A DNA stretch of 64,000 nt from Candidatus Moranbacteria bacterium GW2011_GWC2_40_12 (GTDB lineage: Bacteria; Patescibacteriota; Minisyncoccia; Moranbacterales; UBA11712), in the NCBI GenBank assembly GCA_000995965.1, contig LBYD01000001.1, positions 279,040 to 343,039 on the forward strand, read 5' to 3'. A program made the translations under genes and the position numbers. This document shows, piece by piece, positions 9,248 to 17,080 of this stretch; the first letter of the stretch is position 1; every line of letters starts with the position of its first letter. A model generated the notes under the pieces. The model worked only from the letters and a program-made list of their open reading frames with translations. It was not told the DNA's origin and did not search any database.

Positions 9248-9340
9248 TGCGAATTACGAATACGCTTCGCTCTACAAATATGCCAATTACGAATATTTTT
9301 TACATTTGTATATTCGTAAAAGATTCATAATCCGTAAAAG
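9248..9340. repeat. about 95-bp TACGAAT/ATTCGTA-rich imperfect palindromic dispersed element (full copy 1)
   Basis: about 93% identical to 61838-61934; partial copies at 18820, 41622, 47796, 51075; fills the whole intergenic space directly 5' of a minus-strand start codon. Confidence 0.7.
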
Positions 9341-10453
9341 TTATCTTAATTTGTATCCGTCCGCTTTTTTTTCAAAGACTTTCCTGTTGGCCAGATTGAC
9401 GGCGATAGTCGCCCTTTTTACTTTTCTTTTCCCAAGAACTTCCTCATAAAGTTTTTCTCTCTTCAGAAAACCGCCAGCCGAATTCAAAAGATTGACGATG
9501 ACATCCTTCACTGTTCCCTCTTCGAAGCCCCACTCGCGCAAGGCATAGGTTCCCCGGCCAACCAGGACGAATCTTTTGTCGCGGATCAGTTCATTGTGAA
9601 CAGTTTGAGGATGGACTTTTTTTCCGCTCAACTTCAATTCTTCAATCAGTTGGCTTATTTCGCGGAAATGGAGCGGTTTTCCTTTCTTCATCAGAACCAG
9701 TGTGGCTTTTTCGCGCACTCCTCGCGGCCGGATGAGCGGCCACCGGGCTTTTCCCCAGTCTCCGAAAACATTTTGTCCGAACTTTTTGGAAATTTCGAGA
9801 AAACTCAGTATATGCTCCGGCTTCATTTCGGAATATTTTTGGGAAAACTCGCTATGATCCAGTTTCTTGAGAACTTCCTCGAGGGTCAATATTTTTTTCC
9901 CCGTGTCGAAGATCATCTCCAATTCATCAACTGCTGCCTTGAAATATTTTTTGTCGAAATCTGGGTGAATCCATGTATCTTCCATTTCCCGATTTGATCT
10001 CGCTTTTTTGATCCCGGTCATGAGAAAAATTACTTCAAGCAATTTGGCTTCCTGCAGTGAAAGTTTTTCATTTCCCGTGTATCTCAAGAAAACGCCGCTC
10101 GCCAGTTTTTCTGCTTTGATGATTCCCCCGTTTTCTTTGATTATATCGTTTACGCAAGCTGAAAGGTTATCGAGGTTACTGACTTTTTCCGTTTTTTTCA
10201 GGGCCTTCACGGCATCTCCTTCGATTTGCCTCACTCTTTCCCTTGTGATATTCAGATTTTTTCCGATAGCCTCGAGTGTTTTTGGCTGTCCGTTTCCAAT
10301 CCCGAAACGGCTGGAAAGAACCAGTTTCTGCTTGGCGCTAAGACTGTCCAAAAGGCTTTCAACGACAGACTTCAAATCTGCTGTTTTTACTGGGATTTTT
10401 TGGGATAAATCCGAATTTTCCCTTGAATTTACCATATTTCTTGAAGCAAACAT
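9341..10453 (-). CDS. sigma-70 region-4 domain protein with C-terminal HARE-HTH domain (atypical sigma-like regulator)
   Basis: LVLSSRFGIG...TLEAIGKNLNITRERVRQIEGDAVKALKK (region 4.2) near N-terminus; C-terminus LHFREISQLIEE...RFVLVGRGTYALREWG (HARE-HTH); annotated ATG at 10501 overlaps the -10 box so start moved to 10453. Confidence 0.6.
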   Translation of the reverse strand: MFASRNMVNSRENSDLSQKIPVKTADLKSVVESLLDSLSAKQKLVLSSRFGIGNGQPKTLEAIGKNLNITRERVRQIEGDAVKALKKTEKVSNLDNLSACVNDIIKENGGIIKAEKLASGVFLRYTGNEKLSLQEAKLLEVIFLMTGIKKARSNREMEDTWIHPDFDKKYFKAAVDELEMIFDTGKKILTLEEVLKKLDHSEFSQKYSEMKPEHILSFLEISKKFGQNVFGDWGKARWPLIRPRGVREKATLVLMKKGKPLHFREISQLIEELKLSGKKVHPQTVHNELIRDKRFVLVGRGTYALREWGFEEGTVKDVIVNLLNSAGGFLKREKLYEEVLGKRKVKRATIAVNLANRKVFEKKADGYKLR

Positions 10454-10500
10454 TATTGTTTTGCTATTGATTATTATAGCGCGATTAATCTCGGTATGCA

Positions 10501-10529
10501 ATCATAACACAGGGTTGTCAGATTGTCAA
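10501..10529 (-). promoter_or_regulatory. sigma-70-type promoter TTGACA-N17-TATGAT
   Basis: minus-strand cTTGACAatctgacaaccctgtgtTATGATtgc upstream of 9341-10453. Confidence 0.55.
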
Positions 10530-10607
10530 GAAACTGGTAAAAATTCAGATTTTTTAACGAACTTTTTACAAAATATATCGCCCGCGGCGCGATGCCAGAA
10601 CATTTTT

Positions 10608-11537
10608 TTAATTTTGCTTATTGGCCTGAAATTTCCACCAATCCACCATCAAAGCCGACGCAACAAATATTGAAGAATAAGTGCCGAAAGTGATTCCGAT
10701 GAGCAGCGCTAACGTGAAGTTTTTTATGGATTCTCCGCCAAAAATAAGAATGGCCAGAAGAGTGATGACAACGGTAAGAGAGGTGTTGATTGACCTGGCC
10801 ATCGTTTCATTGAGGCTTTGATTGACCGTTTCATCAAATGTTTCTCTCGCGCTTCCCCGCAAAAGATTTTCCCGCGTCCGGTCATAGACAACAATCGTGT
10901 CATGAACCGAAAAACCGAGGATTGTGAGAAGGGCCGCGATGAATGTGGTGTCAATCTCGATGTTCCAATAATGGCCGAGGATAGAAAAAATTCCGACCGT
11001 GATGAGAACATCATGCACCAGCGCCGCCACCGCTCCGACTCCGTATTTCCACGACTCAACCGGGCGCGACACTTTCCGAAAGGCGTAAGAGATATACAGC
11101 GCTATGCCGATCACCGCCACAAGTAGCGCCCAAATGGCTTTCTTTTTGAGCTCCGAAGAAATCGAGGGACCGATATAATCAAGGCGGGTATTTTGAACAT
11201 CCGGAAATTTTTCTTTGAGCTTTCCAAGAACCGCTTTGTTTTTTTCGTCGTCAGAATTTCCATAACGAATCAAAAAAGCTCCATTTTGCGCAGGAGTCAC
11301 AACCGCGTCTTCTATGCCAATCTCCTTTAGAGAAGCTTTTATCTCGTCATTTTCTATGTCTAATTTCTCATTTCTTATCTCCATCAGTGTTCCTCCAGTG
11401 AAATCCAATCCGTACCGGAGTCCCCACGCCGAAAGACTAATAATCGAGGAGACTATCAAAGCACCGGATAAAATATAGAAATATTTGCGCTGGCCGATGA
11501 TGTTATACATAAAAAAGTATAATTTATTGCAAATCAA
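10608..11537 (-). CDS. secF: protein-export membrane protein SecF
   Basis: SecF periplasmic and TM signature (GITFGTYSSIFVAS); 4-nt overlap with secD stop. Confidence 0.9.
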   Translation of the reverse strand: MICNKLYFFMYNIIGQRKYFYILSGALIVSSIISLSAWGLRYGLDFTGGTLMEIRNEKLDIENDEIKASLKEIGIEDAVVTPAQNGAFLIRYGNSDDEKNKAVLGKLKEKFPDVQNTRLDYIGPSISSELKKKAIWALLVAVIGIALYISYAFRKVSRPVESWKYGVGAVAALVHDVLITVGIFSILGHYWNIEIDTTFIAALLTILGFSVHDTIVVYDRTRENLLRGSARETFDETVNQSLNETMARSINTSLTVVITLLAILIFGGESIKNFTLALLIGITFGTYSSIFVASALMVDWWKFQANKQN

Positions 11538-13240
11538 AACTCTTCCTTTTCGAGAATCTTTTTATCAGCTATTATCCAGCTCTTTCGCTCTTCCGCCCAA
11601 TCTCCGACAACCGCCGTGAGAATCGTCCGCACTAAAATGATTGCCGTGAACATGGAAACCAACACTCCCAAAAGAAGTGTCACCGCAAAGCCTTTCACGA
11701 ATCCCGTTCCGAACCAAATCAAAATAAGAGAAGTAATGATCGAAGAAATATTGCTGTCCCGAATGCTCGGCCAGGCCCGGTGAAATCCTTCGTCAATTGC
11801 CCCTTTGAGGCTCCGGCCTTTTCGAATTTCTTCTTTGGTCCGCTCAAATATCAAAATATTCGCGTCCACCGCCATTCCGACGGAAAGAATAAACCCGGCA
11901 ATTCCGGCAAGAGTCAGAGTGATTGACCACGGCGTTCCGGTGGACATCTTGAAAAGCGCGACCATGATGGAGGTATATAAGACAAGAGCCGCTGAAGCGA
12001 CAAGGCCGAGGAACCGGTAATAGAAAATCATGAAAATCATGACGACAACGATGCCGATTGCCCCAGCTTTGAGGCTTTTTTCAAGCGAGACTTTCCCAAG
12101 CGAGGCTTCGACGCTTTGCTGGCCAATGAGCGTGATTGGCAGCGGGAGAGCGCCTTCATTGAGCCTCTGAGCCAGTTTTTTGCATTCTTCAAGTGTGAAG
12201 TCTCCGGTGATGACCGCTTTTCCGTCGCTGATTTCAGACTGCACCGTTGGCGCGCTGATGACTTGCCCGTCAAGAAATATGGCGATTTGCTTTCCGATAT
12301 TTTCTTTTGTCAGCTGGGCGAATATTTTTGCGCCTTCGCTGTCAAATTCGATTCCCACTTCAGGCTTTCCGGTTTGCGACATAAACTGGACGTCCGACCT
12401 TTTCAGATTTTTCCCGGTAAGTCCCGTGTCAACAAATATCGGCTGCTGCTGAACAGGAGGCGGAGTTTTTATGGCTAAGAGAATATGCTGGGCCTGAACC
12501 TCTTTTGCTTCACCATCGCCTTTCACTTCAAGCAATTTTATTATATGATATCCGAATTGAGATTCAACAATTTGCGGATAAATTTGCCCCGGCGGGAGGT
12601 CGCTGTCAAACAAAACCTTGTCAAATTCCGGAACAAAAGTTCCTTTTTTCACAAAACCCAAGTCACCGCCCTGGTCTTTTGATCCCGGATCTTCTGAATT
12701 TTGTTTTGCGAGCTCCGCAAAATCAGCGCCGCCTTTTGTTTGCGCGAGCAAATCTTCGGCTTTTTTCTTTTGATCCTCGTTATATTTTTTGTCTTCGGCG
12801 GAGATTTCTTGAGGAGGCTGCTCGGGGGGCGCTTCCATTTTCTTGAACTCCAAGAATGGAGTCTCTTTGATCATTTCTTTCGCTTTTTCGATGTCTTTCA
12901 CGCCAGCGAGCTCGACAATAAGCCTTTGTTCCCCGCCTGATTTTGAAGTTTCGATCAAGGGCTCCGCCACTCCAAACGCATTCACCCGCCTCTCAATGAC
13001 ATCCTGAAGGCCAGTGAGAGCATCCGGTATTTTCTCCGAATCCACTGCGCTCGTGTCGACTTTATAGATAAGGTGAATCCCGCCTTGAAGGTCAAGGCCG
13101 AGATTGATTTTCATCTTCGCCAAAAAATTTCCAAGCCAGGCCGGTTTCGAAATCGGTTTCGGGGAAGCAATTAGCGCCGCCACGGCAAAAAGCAACGCGA
13201 CAAGAAAAAATTTTACCCAGATTTTTCGTCGGATGGACAT
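11534..13240 (-). CDS. secD: protein-export membrane protein SecD carrying an inserted PpiC/parvulin-type PPIase domain
   Basis: SecD N-terminus LGLDLQGGIHL; aa about 150-255 GADFAELAKQ...GGDLGFVKKG...FGYHIIKLLEV (parvulin signature); SecD P1/TM region resumes after. Confidence 0.9.
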   Translation of the reverse strand: MSIRRKIWVKFFLVALLFAVAALIASPKPISKPAWLGNFLAKMKINLGLDLQGGIHLIYKVDTSAVDSEKIPDALTGLQDVIERRVNAFGVAEPLIETSKSGGEQRLIVELAGVKDIEKAKEMIKETPFLEFKKMEAPPEQPPQEISAEDKKYNEDQKKKAEDLLAQTKGGADFAELAKQNSEDPGSKDQGGDLGFVKKGTFVPEFDKVLFDSDLPPGQIYPQIVESQFGYHIIKLLEVKGDGEAKEVQAQHILLAIKTPPPVQQQPIFVDTGLTGKNLKRSDVQFMSQTGKPEVGIEFDSEGAKIFAQLTKENIGKQIAIFLDGQVISAPTVQSEISDGKAVITGDFTLEECKKLAQRLNEGALPLPITLIGQQSVEASLGKVSLEKSLKAGAIGIVVVMIFMIFYYRFLGLVASAALVLYTSIMVALFKMSTGTPWSITLTLAGIAGFILSVGMAVDANILIFERTKEEIRKGRSLKGAIDEGFHRAWPSIRDSNISSIITSLILIWFGTGFVKGFAVTLLLGVLVSMFTAIILVRTILTAVVGDWAEERKSWIIADKKILEKEEF

Positions 13241-13276
13241 ATCTAATTCTGCGGCCGAACCGCTTTATTTGACTTC

Positions 13277-13285
13277 ATTATAGCA
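13277..13285 (-). promoter_or_regulatory. extended -10 element TGcTATAAT upstream of secD
   Basis: minus-strand gTGcTATAATgaag about 40 nt upstream of secD ATG. Confidence 0.3.
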
Positions 13286-13307
13286 CGGATGGAAGAAATA
13301 ATAAAGT

Positions 13308-13556
13308 TCATCCGTATTTCATTTTCAACTTTGCCAAAATCAGTGAGCAAAGAAGCGGACTAACGTTCATATAGACGATATAGTTGTCTGTCTTCAAGAG
13401 ACCATAAGAAATAAGGCATACAGACTGGAGAAATAAAATCAACAAAAAATAACCCGACAGATCTTCAGTTTGTTTCGTCGTCCAGCTTTTGTAAACCTGC
13501 GGAACCAGCCGAATAGTATTCAAAACTCCTGCCGCAATTCCAAAAAACTCAATCAT
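13308..13556 (-). CDS. PQ-loop / SemiSWEET-family small membrane transporter
   Basis: 82 aa, three predicted TM helices, PQ motif (RLVPQVYKSWTTK). Confidence 0.65.
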   Translation of the reverse strand: MIEFFGIAAGVLNTIRLVPQVYKSWTTKQTEDLSGYFLLILFLQSVCLISYGLLKTDNYIVYMNVSPLLCSLILAKLKMKYG

Positions 13557-13575
13557 CTTTAGTTGAAAATCAAAA

Positions 13576-13818
13576 TCAAGGATTTGACACTTCTTTTCTT
13601 CTCATATACTCCTCCACCTCTTCCCAGCGCTGAACCAGATCTTCTCGCAAAGCAATATTATCCTCATTATCATCCAATTCGCCCCACTCAATTTTTTCCG
13701 CGAGCAAATCATCGACGAGTTCCTCAAATGCGGCTTCGTCTGTCACCAGCTCTTCCTTGGCCTTTTTTTTGAGTTCAAGCAGAAGATTTTCAGGCGATGG
13801 TTCAATCACATTTTCCAC
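13576..13818 (-). CDS. hypothetical small acidic protein
   Basis: 80-aa D/E-rich ORF tightly packed between the NUDIX and PQ-loop genes. Confidence 0.4.
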   Translation of the reverse strand: MENVIEPSPENLLLELKKKAKEELVTDEAAFEELVDDLLAEKIEWGELDDNEDNIALREDLVQRWEEVEEYMRRKEVSNP

Positions 13819-13827
13819 AATATGTTT

Positions 13828-14313
13828 TTATTTCTTAAGATAATTTAGCAAAAATCTATTTGCTTCCTTGAAAGCATTGCGTGAATTCTTGTATGTAATA
13901 CGCTTGAGGGATTCTTTGTATTCCAGCCAGGAAAAGTTGACGTGTTCAAATGACAATCTCACCTCTTTTTCTTCTGTTTTTGCTAAATAGGCTGTAACTA
14001 TTTTAAAAATGTTTATTCCTCTATTTGACGCCTTTCGTTCTTTTTTCTCATTACCTTTTGCGCGGTAAAAATATTTATACCAAGTATAAAATCCCGGAAT
14101 TATTTCAAATTTTGTAATCCCTGTTTCTTCTTTGACTTCACGGCGCAATGCATCTTCCCATGTTTCTCCTTTTTCAATATGTCCTTTGGGGAAATCCCAA
14201 TGACCCTGAAAGCCATCGCTTTTCGGATGCTGGATTAGTAAATACAATATTTTATTTTTTTCCCTCCGGAACACCACTGCTCCGACTGATTTTTCAAATG
14301 GCATACTCTCCAC
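13828..14313 (-). CDS. NUDIX hydrolase
   Basis: Nudix box GHIEKGETWEDALRREVKEETGI. Confidence 0.85.
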   Translation of the reverse strand: MESMPFEKSVGAVVFRREKNKILYLLIQHPKSDGFQGHWDFPKGHIEKGETWEDALRREVKEETGITKFEIIPGFYTWYKYFYRAKGNEKKERKASNRGINIFKIVTAYLAKTEEKEVRLSFEHVNFSWLEYKESLKRITYKNSRNAFKEANRFLLNYLKK

Positions 14314-14334
14314 TTGGAAACTTAGTTTCCAAGT
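14312..14334. repeat. PE-A palindrome copy at the 3' flank of RAYT-1
   Basis: ACTTGGAAACTTAGTTTCCAAGT, ends 3 nt before the RAYT-1 stop. Confidence 0.85.
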
Positions 14335-14336
14335 CG

Positions 14337-14996
14337 TTATTCGATTATTAATTTTTCCATCTCCTTTTTGTCTTTTATAGAAACCAGCGATTCTTCCGCA
14401 AATTTTCGATAATCTTCCCCATTTTTGAAATCATCCAAAATCACGCGTTTTTCTCCGCAAAACGTCTTTTCTGAAAAATTATCCGTATATTCCCTCCAAC
14501 TTGAAATCGACTTGGAAACTAAGTTTCCAAGTGAATGGACACGGTCATTGAGATTCACGTAGGCGCTTAAGTGCAACAGATAGCTGTTTGTTTTTATATG
14601 GACTGCTTTGAATGTTCCCTGGAAAAGAGAACCAGAGCGCTCGTGCCTCTTGTTGAAATATTTTGTATAACCTATTCCGAGACGGTGCATGAATTTCTCA
14701 ATGCCCTGCTCGGCTGTCTGTTTGAGAATGAAATGATAGTGGTTAGGATTCAGGCAAAAACACACGAAACCGACCAATTTCTTTTTGGATTTGTTCTTTT
14801 CTTTTCTGTCGCGAAAAAAATTTTCATATATGCTTCCGATCGGATCAAGCGTATTGAATTCATCCATACTCTGAAGAAATCTCCGCATATCCAATTGATC
14901 ACTGAAAATTTCCCGCTTGTCCACTCCGCGATTGAAAATGTGGTAATATTCGCCTTCAGCCAATTGTATTTTTCTCATAGCTGGATTATAGCACAA
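14337..14996 (-). CDS. IS200/IS605-family Y1 (HuH) transposase, REP-associated tyrosine transposase-like (RAYT-1)
   Basis: EYYHIFNRG..., HuH motif NHYHFIL, conserved Y in YLLHLSAYVNLN, SGSLFQGTFK; flanked by PE-A palindromes on both sides and contains one in-frame. Confidence 0.8.
   Translation of the reverse strand: MCYNPAMRKIQLAEGEYYHIFNRGVDKREIFSDQLDMRRFLQSMDEFNTLDPIGSIYENFFRDRKEKNKSKKKLVGFVCFCLNPNHYHFILKQTAEQGIEKFMHRLGIGYTKYFNKRHERSGSLFQGTFKAVHIKTNSYLLHLSAYVNLNDRVHSLGNLVSKSISSWREYTDNFSEKTFCGEKRVILDDFKNGEDYRKFAEESLVSIKDKKEMEKLIIE
14510..14532. repeat. PE-A palindrome copy inside RAYT-1 coding sequence (in-frame, encodes LGNLVSKS)
   Basis: ACTTGGAAACTAAGTTTCCAAGT. Confidence 0.85.
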
Positions 14997-15004
14997 AACA
15001 ATCC

Positions 15005-15027
15005 ACTTGGAAACTAAGTTTCCAAGT
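15005..15027. repeat. PE-A palindrome copy at the 5' flank of RAYT-1
   Basis: ACTTGGAAACTAAGTTTCCAAGT, 9 nt upstream of the RAYT-1 start. Confidence 0.85.
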
Positions 15028-15120
15028 CAAATAAGATAAAAAAAACAGGCCCGTCGAGCTCTCTTCCCCCTCCGGAGAAAAGAATCACTCAACGAGCCTT
15101 GATGGTACACAGGTAATGCG

Positions 15121-15840
15121 TTACTTAAGCAGTTTTTTTTCGCCGGAGTCGAAGGCCTCGCCCACACCGATGCTACCCACCGCGCTGACGGCGCCAACGG
15201 CAACCGCCATTTCCGGAACTGTCATGCCCAGGACCGGTGCCACAATACCGGTTGACGCGGCAACGGGCGGAATCATGGTGCCCGCCATTTCTGCCATTTG
15301 GGCAATGGGGCCGCGCTGTTTGGCCCGTTCTCCCAGCCAGTTAAGCTTGGTGGGATCGTAGTATTCCGTTTTACCAGTAAAACCGGTCAGGAATTCGGTG
15401 ATCACACCCACGGGATGATAGAGCAGCTGACTCTTGGCCGTGTTGACTGCCCGACACGCCTGGGATATGGGAGTCTCGAACTTTGATTTTGTGACATAAT
15501 TAAACCCTTCTCCCAGGGCCATGAGGCCGGTGCCAACAGTCATAAAAGGTGCGAGGATGAGGGTTTTGATCGGACTGGGCAACCCGCGATCTGCACTCGC
15601 CACTGGAATCGCCGCAGACTGGGCCTCAGCCCGCCGCTCCAGATCCTGCCGTCTTAGGGAGTACCTCAAATCGATCACGGTTTTTTCCGCCGCGGCCCGC
15701 TGGTCAGCCGCCAGACTCTTCGCCCTGGCCGCCGCCATCTTGGCGTCCAGCTCGGGGAACATCCCCGCTCCGACCGTCCCGGCGCACAGAAAGACCATTG
15801 CCATCATCATTACCATCATAAACCCCAAGTACCGTTTCAT
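15121..15840 (-). CDS. hypothetical secreted/membrane protein within the GC-rich island
   Basis: SD GGGAGGAAG before ATG at 15840; N-terminal signal-like MKRYLGFMMVMMMAMVFLCAG; about 60% GC. Confidence 0.5.
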   Translation of the reverse strand: MKRYLGFMMVMMMAMVFLCAGTVGAGMFPELDAKMAAARAKSLAADQRAAAEKTVIDLRYSLRRQDLERRAEAQSAAIPVASADRGLPSPIKTLILAPFMTVGTGLMALGEGFNYVTKSKFETPISQACRAVNTAKSQLLYHPVGVITEFLTGFTGKTEYYDPTKLNWLGERAKQRGPIAQMAEMAGTMIPPVAASTGIVAPVLGMTVPEMAVAVGAVSAVGSIGVGEAFDSGEKKLLK

Positions 15841-16109
15841 AGCCACTTCCTCCCTTTTTGCCTTTCGGCAGAAAATTCCCTCTCGATGAGAGGGGCCAAA
15901 CAATTTTCAAATAATGCTGCTATGGATAAAAATTAACATCTGCAAAAATCCTGTCAATGGGGAAAATTTATCAAAAAACAAAATTGACACTCTGTAAAAA
16001 ATGTTTACTTAAAAGATTTTTCTTATATTCCGATGGACAAAAAGGATATCCTAAGCGTAGAATAGAATAAAGGAAATTTTTCTCAATAAAATCTAAGGAG
16101 GTGCGCTCA

Positions 16110-16973
16110 ATGAAGCGCGAAAGCGAACTTTTTTTACTGGCAATTATTTTGGTGACAATTGCCTTTTCGGCAGGCTGCGTCGGACCCATCCATGAGATGG
16201 AAAAAAGCGGATTAGTCCAGCTTCAAACCGCAGCTCCTATCTCTGCTCGGCCGGGAGGAAAGTATGTCTACGTTAACTGCCGCGACGGGACGGGCAATAA
16301 TCTCGACATCCAGAATCGAGTCATTTCCTTGATTCGCTCGCGGGGATATATTTCCGTCAGCGACCCGAAGTTGGCTGACTACCAGCTCACTGGCGGTCCT
16401 AATTCCATCAGTTATCAGCAAGACCGTTCTCGGACGACCGGCGGGGGACAAGCTATTGGAGCGCTTATGCTGGGTGCTTTGGCCGGAGGACTTGTTGGGG
16501 GATTTACGGGAAATGCCGGCCTTGCAACCGCTGCTGCCATCGGCGGAGCAGCCGCGGGAGCAGCTATTGGAGGAACTGCGGAAGCCCACGCTGCGCCGGG
16601 AATTGTCATTGCTTCGGTAAACATCCGGATTGATGAACGGATCAATTTTTTGAGCGAAAGACAAGCCAAACTGCCCCAACCTATCCAAAAAGTCCGGAAA
16701 GTGAAAAAAACTCTGAAGTCCGGAAAAAAAGTATGGGTGACAGAGGACATCACTGAAACCGAAGACGCTGAAACTCCGGTGAAATCCACCGTTGCTGCGG
16801 CTCAATCCGGCGCTGGTGCTACCACAGTAGTCACTGATCGCCGGGTGGCTGATTTTGTTCCTCATCAGGCGACTTTCGAGGTCAAGCATGTAGTGGAATC
16901 TTCCACGCCGGCTGACCAAATAAAAAATCTGCTGGCGGAAAAAATCGCCGCTGCCATTGCCAACATTCTCTAG
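16110..16973 (+). CDS. traT: TraT-like outer-membrane lipoprotein (complement-resistance / surface-exclusion family)
   Basis: lipobox LVTIAFSAGC; Gly/Ala-rich central segment; C-terminus ...AEKIAAAIANIL closely resembles TraT C-terminus (...LAKSIANIL); SD AAGGAGG 7 nt upstream; about 58% GC. Confidence 0.75.
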   Translation: MKRESELFLLAIILVTIAFSAGCVGPIHEMEKSGLVQLQTAAPISARPGGKYVYVNCRDGTGNNLDIQNRVISLIRSRGYISVSDPKLADYQLTGGPNSISYQQDRSRTTGGGQAIGALMLGALAGGLVGGFTGNAGLATAAAIGGAAAGAAIGGTAEAHAAPGIVIASVNIRIDERINFLSERQAKLPQPIQKVRKVKKTLKSGKKVWVTEDITETEDAETPVKSTVAAAQSGAGATTVVTDRRVADFVPHQATFEVKHVVESSTPADQIKNLLAEKIAAAIANIL

Positions 16974-17004
16974 GCCGAATCTGACGACCAAGAGACAGGA
17001 ACGG

Positions 17005-17035
17005 GGCCCTCACCGGCTCCGTGTTTTTTTTGCAT
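17005..17035 (+). terminator. intrinsic terminator after traT-like gene
   Basis: ACGGGGCCCTCACCGGCTCCGTG followed by TTTTTTTT. Confidence 0.4.
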
Positions 17036-17080
17036 AAGTTCTATTTTCGCCAAATGTCAATTGATATTGCTGCAGCAAAA

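Noticed and set aside
15040-17040. Integron/prophage interpretation of the GC-rich island
   Set aside because: No integrase, attC-like sites or phage genes; only two ORFs plus terminators.
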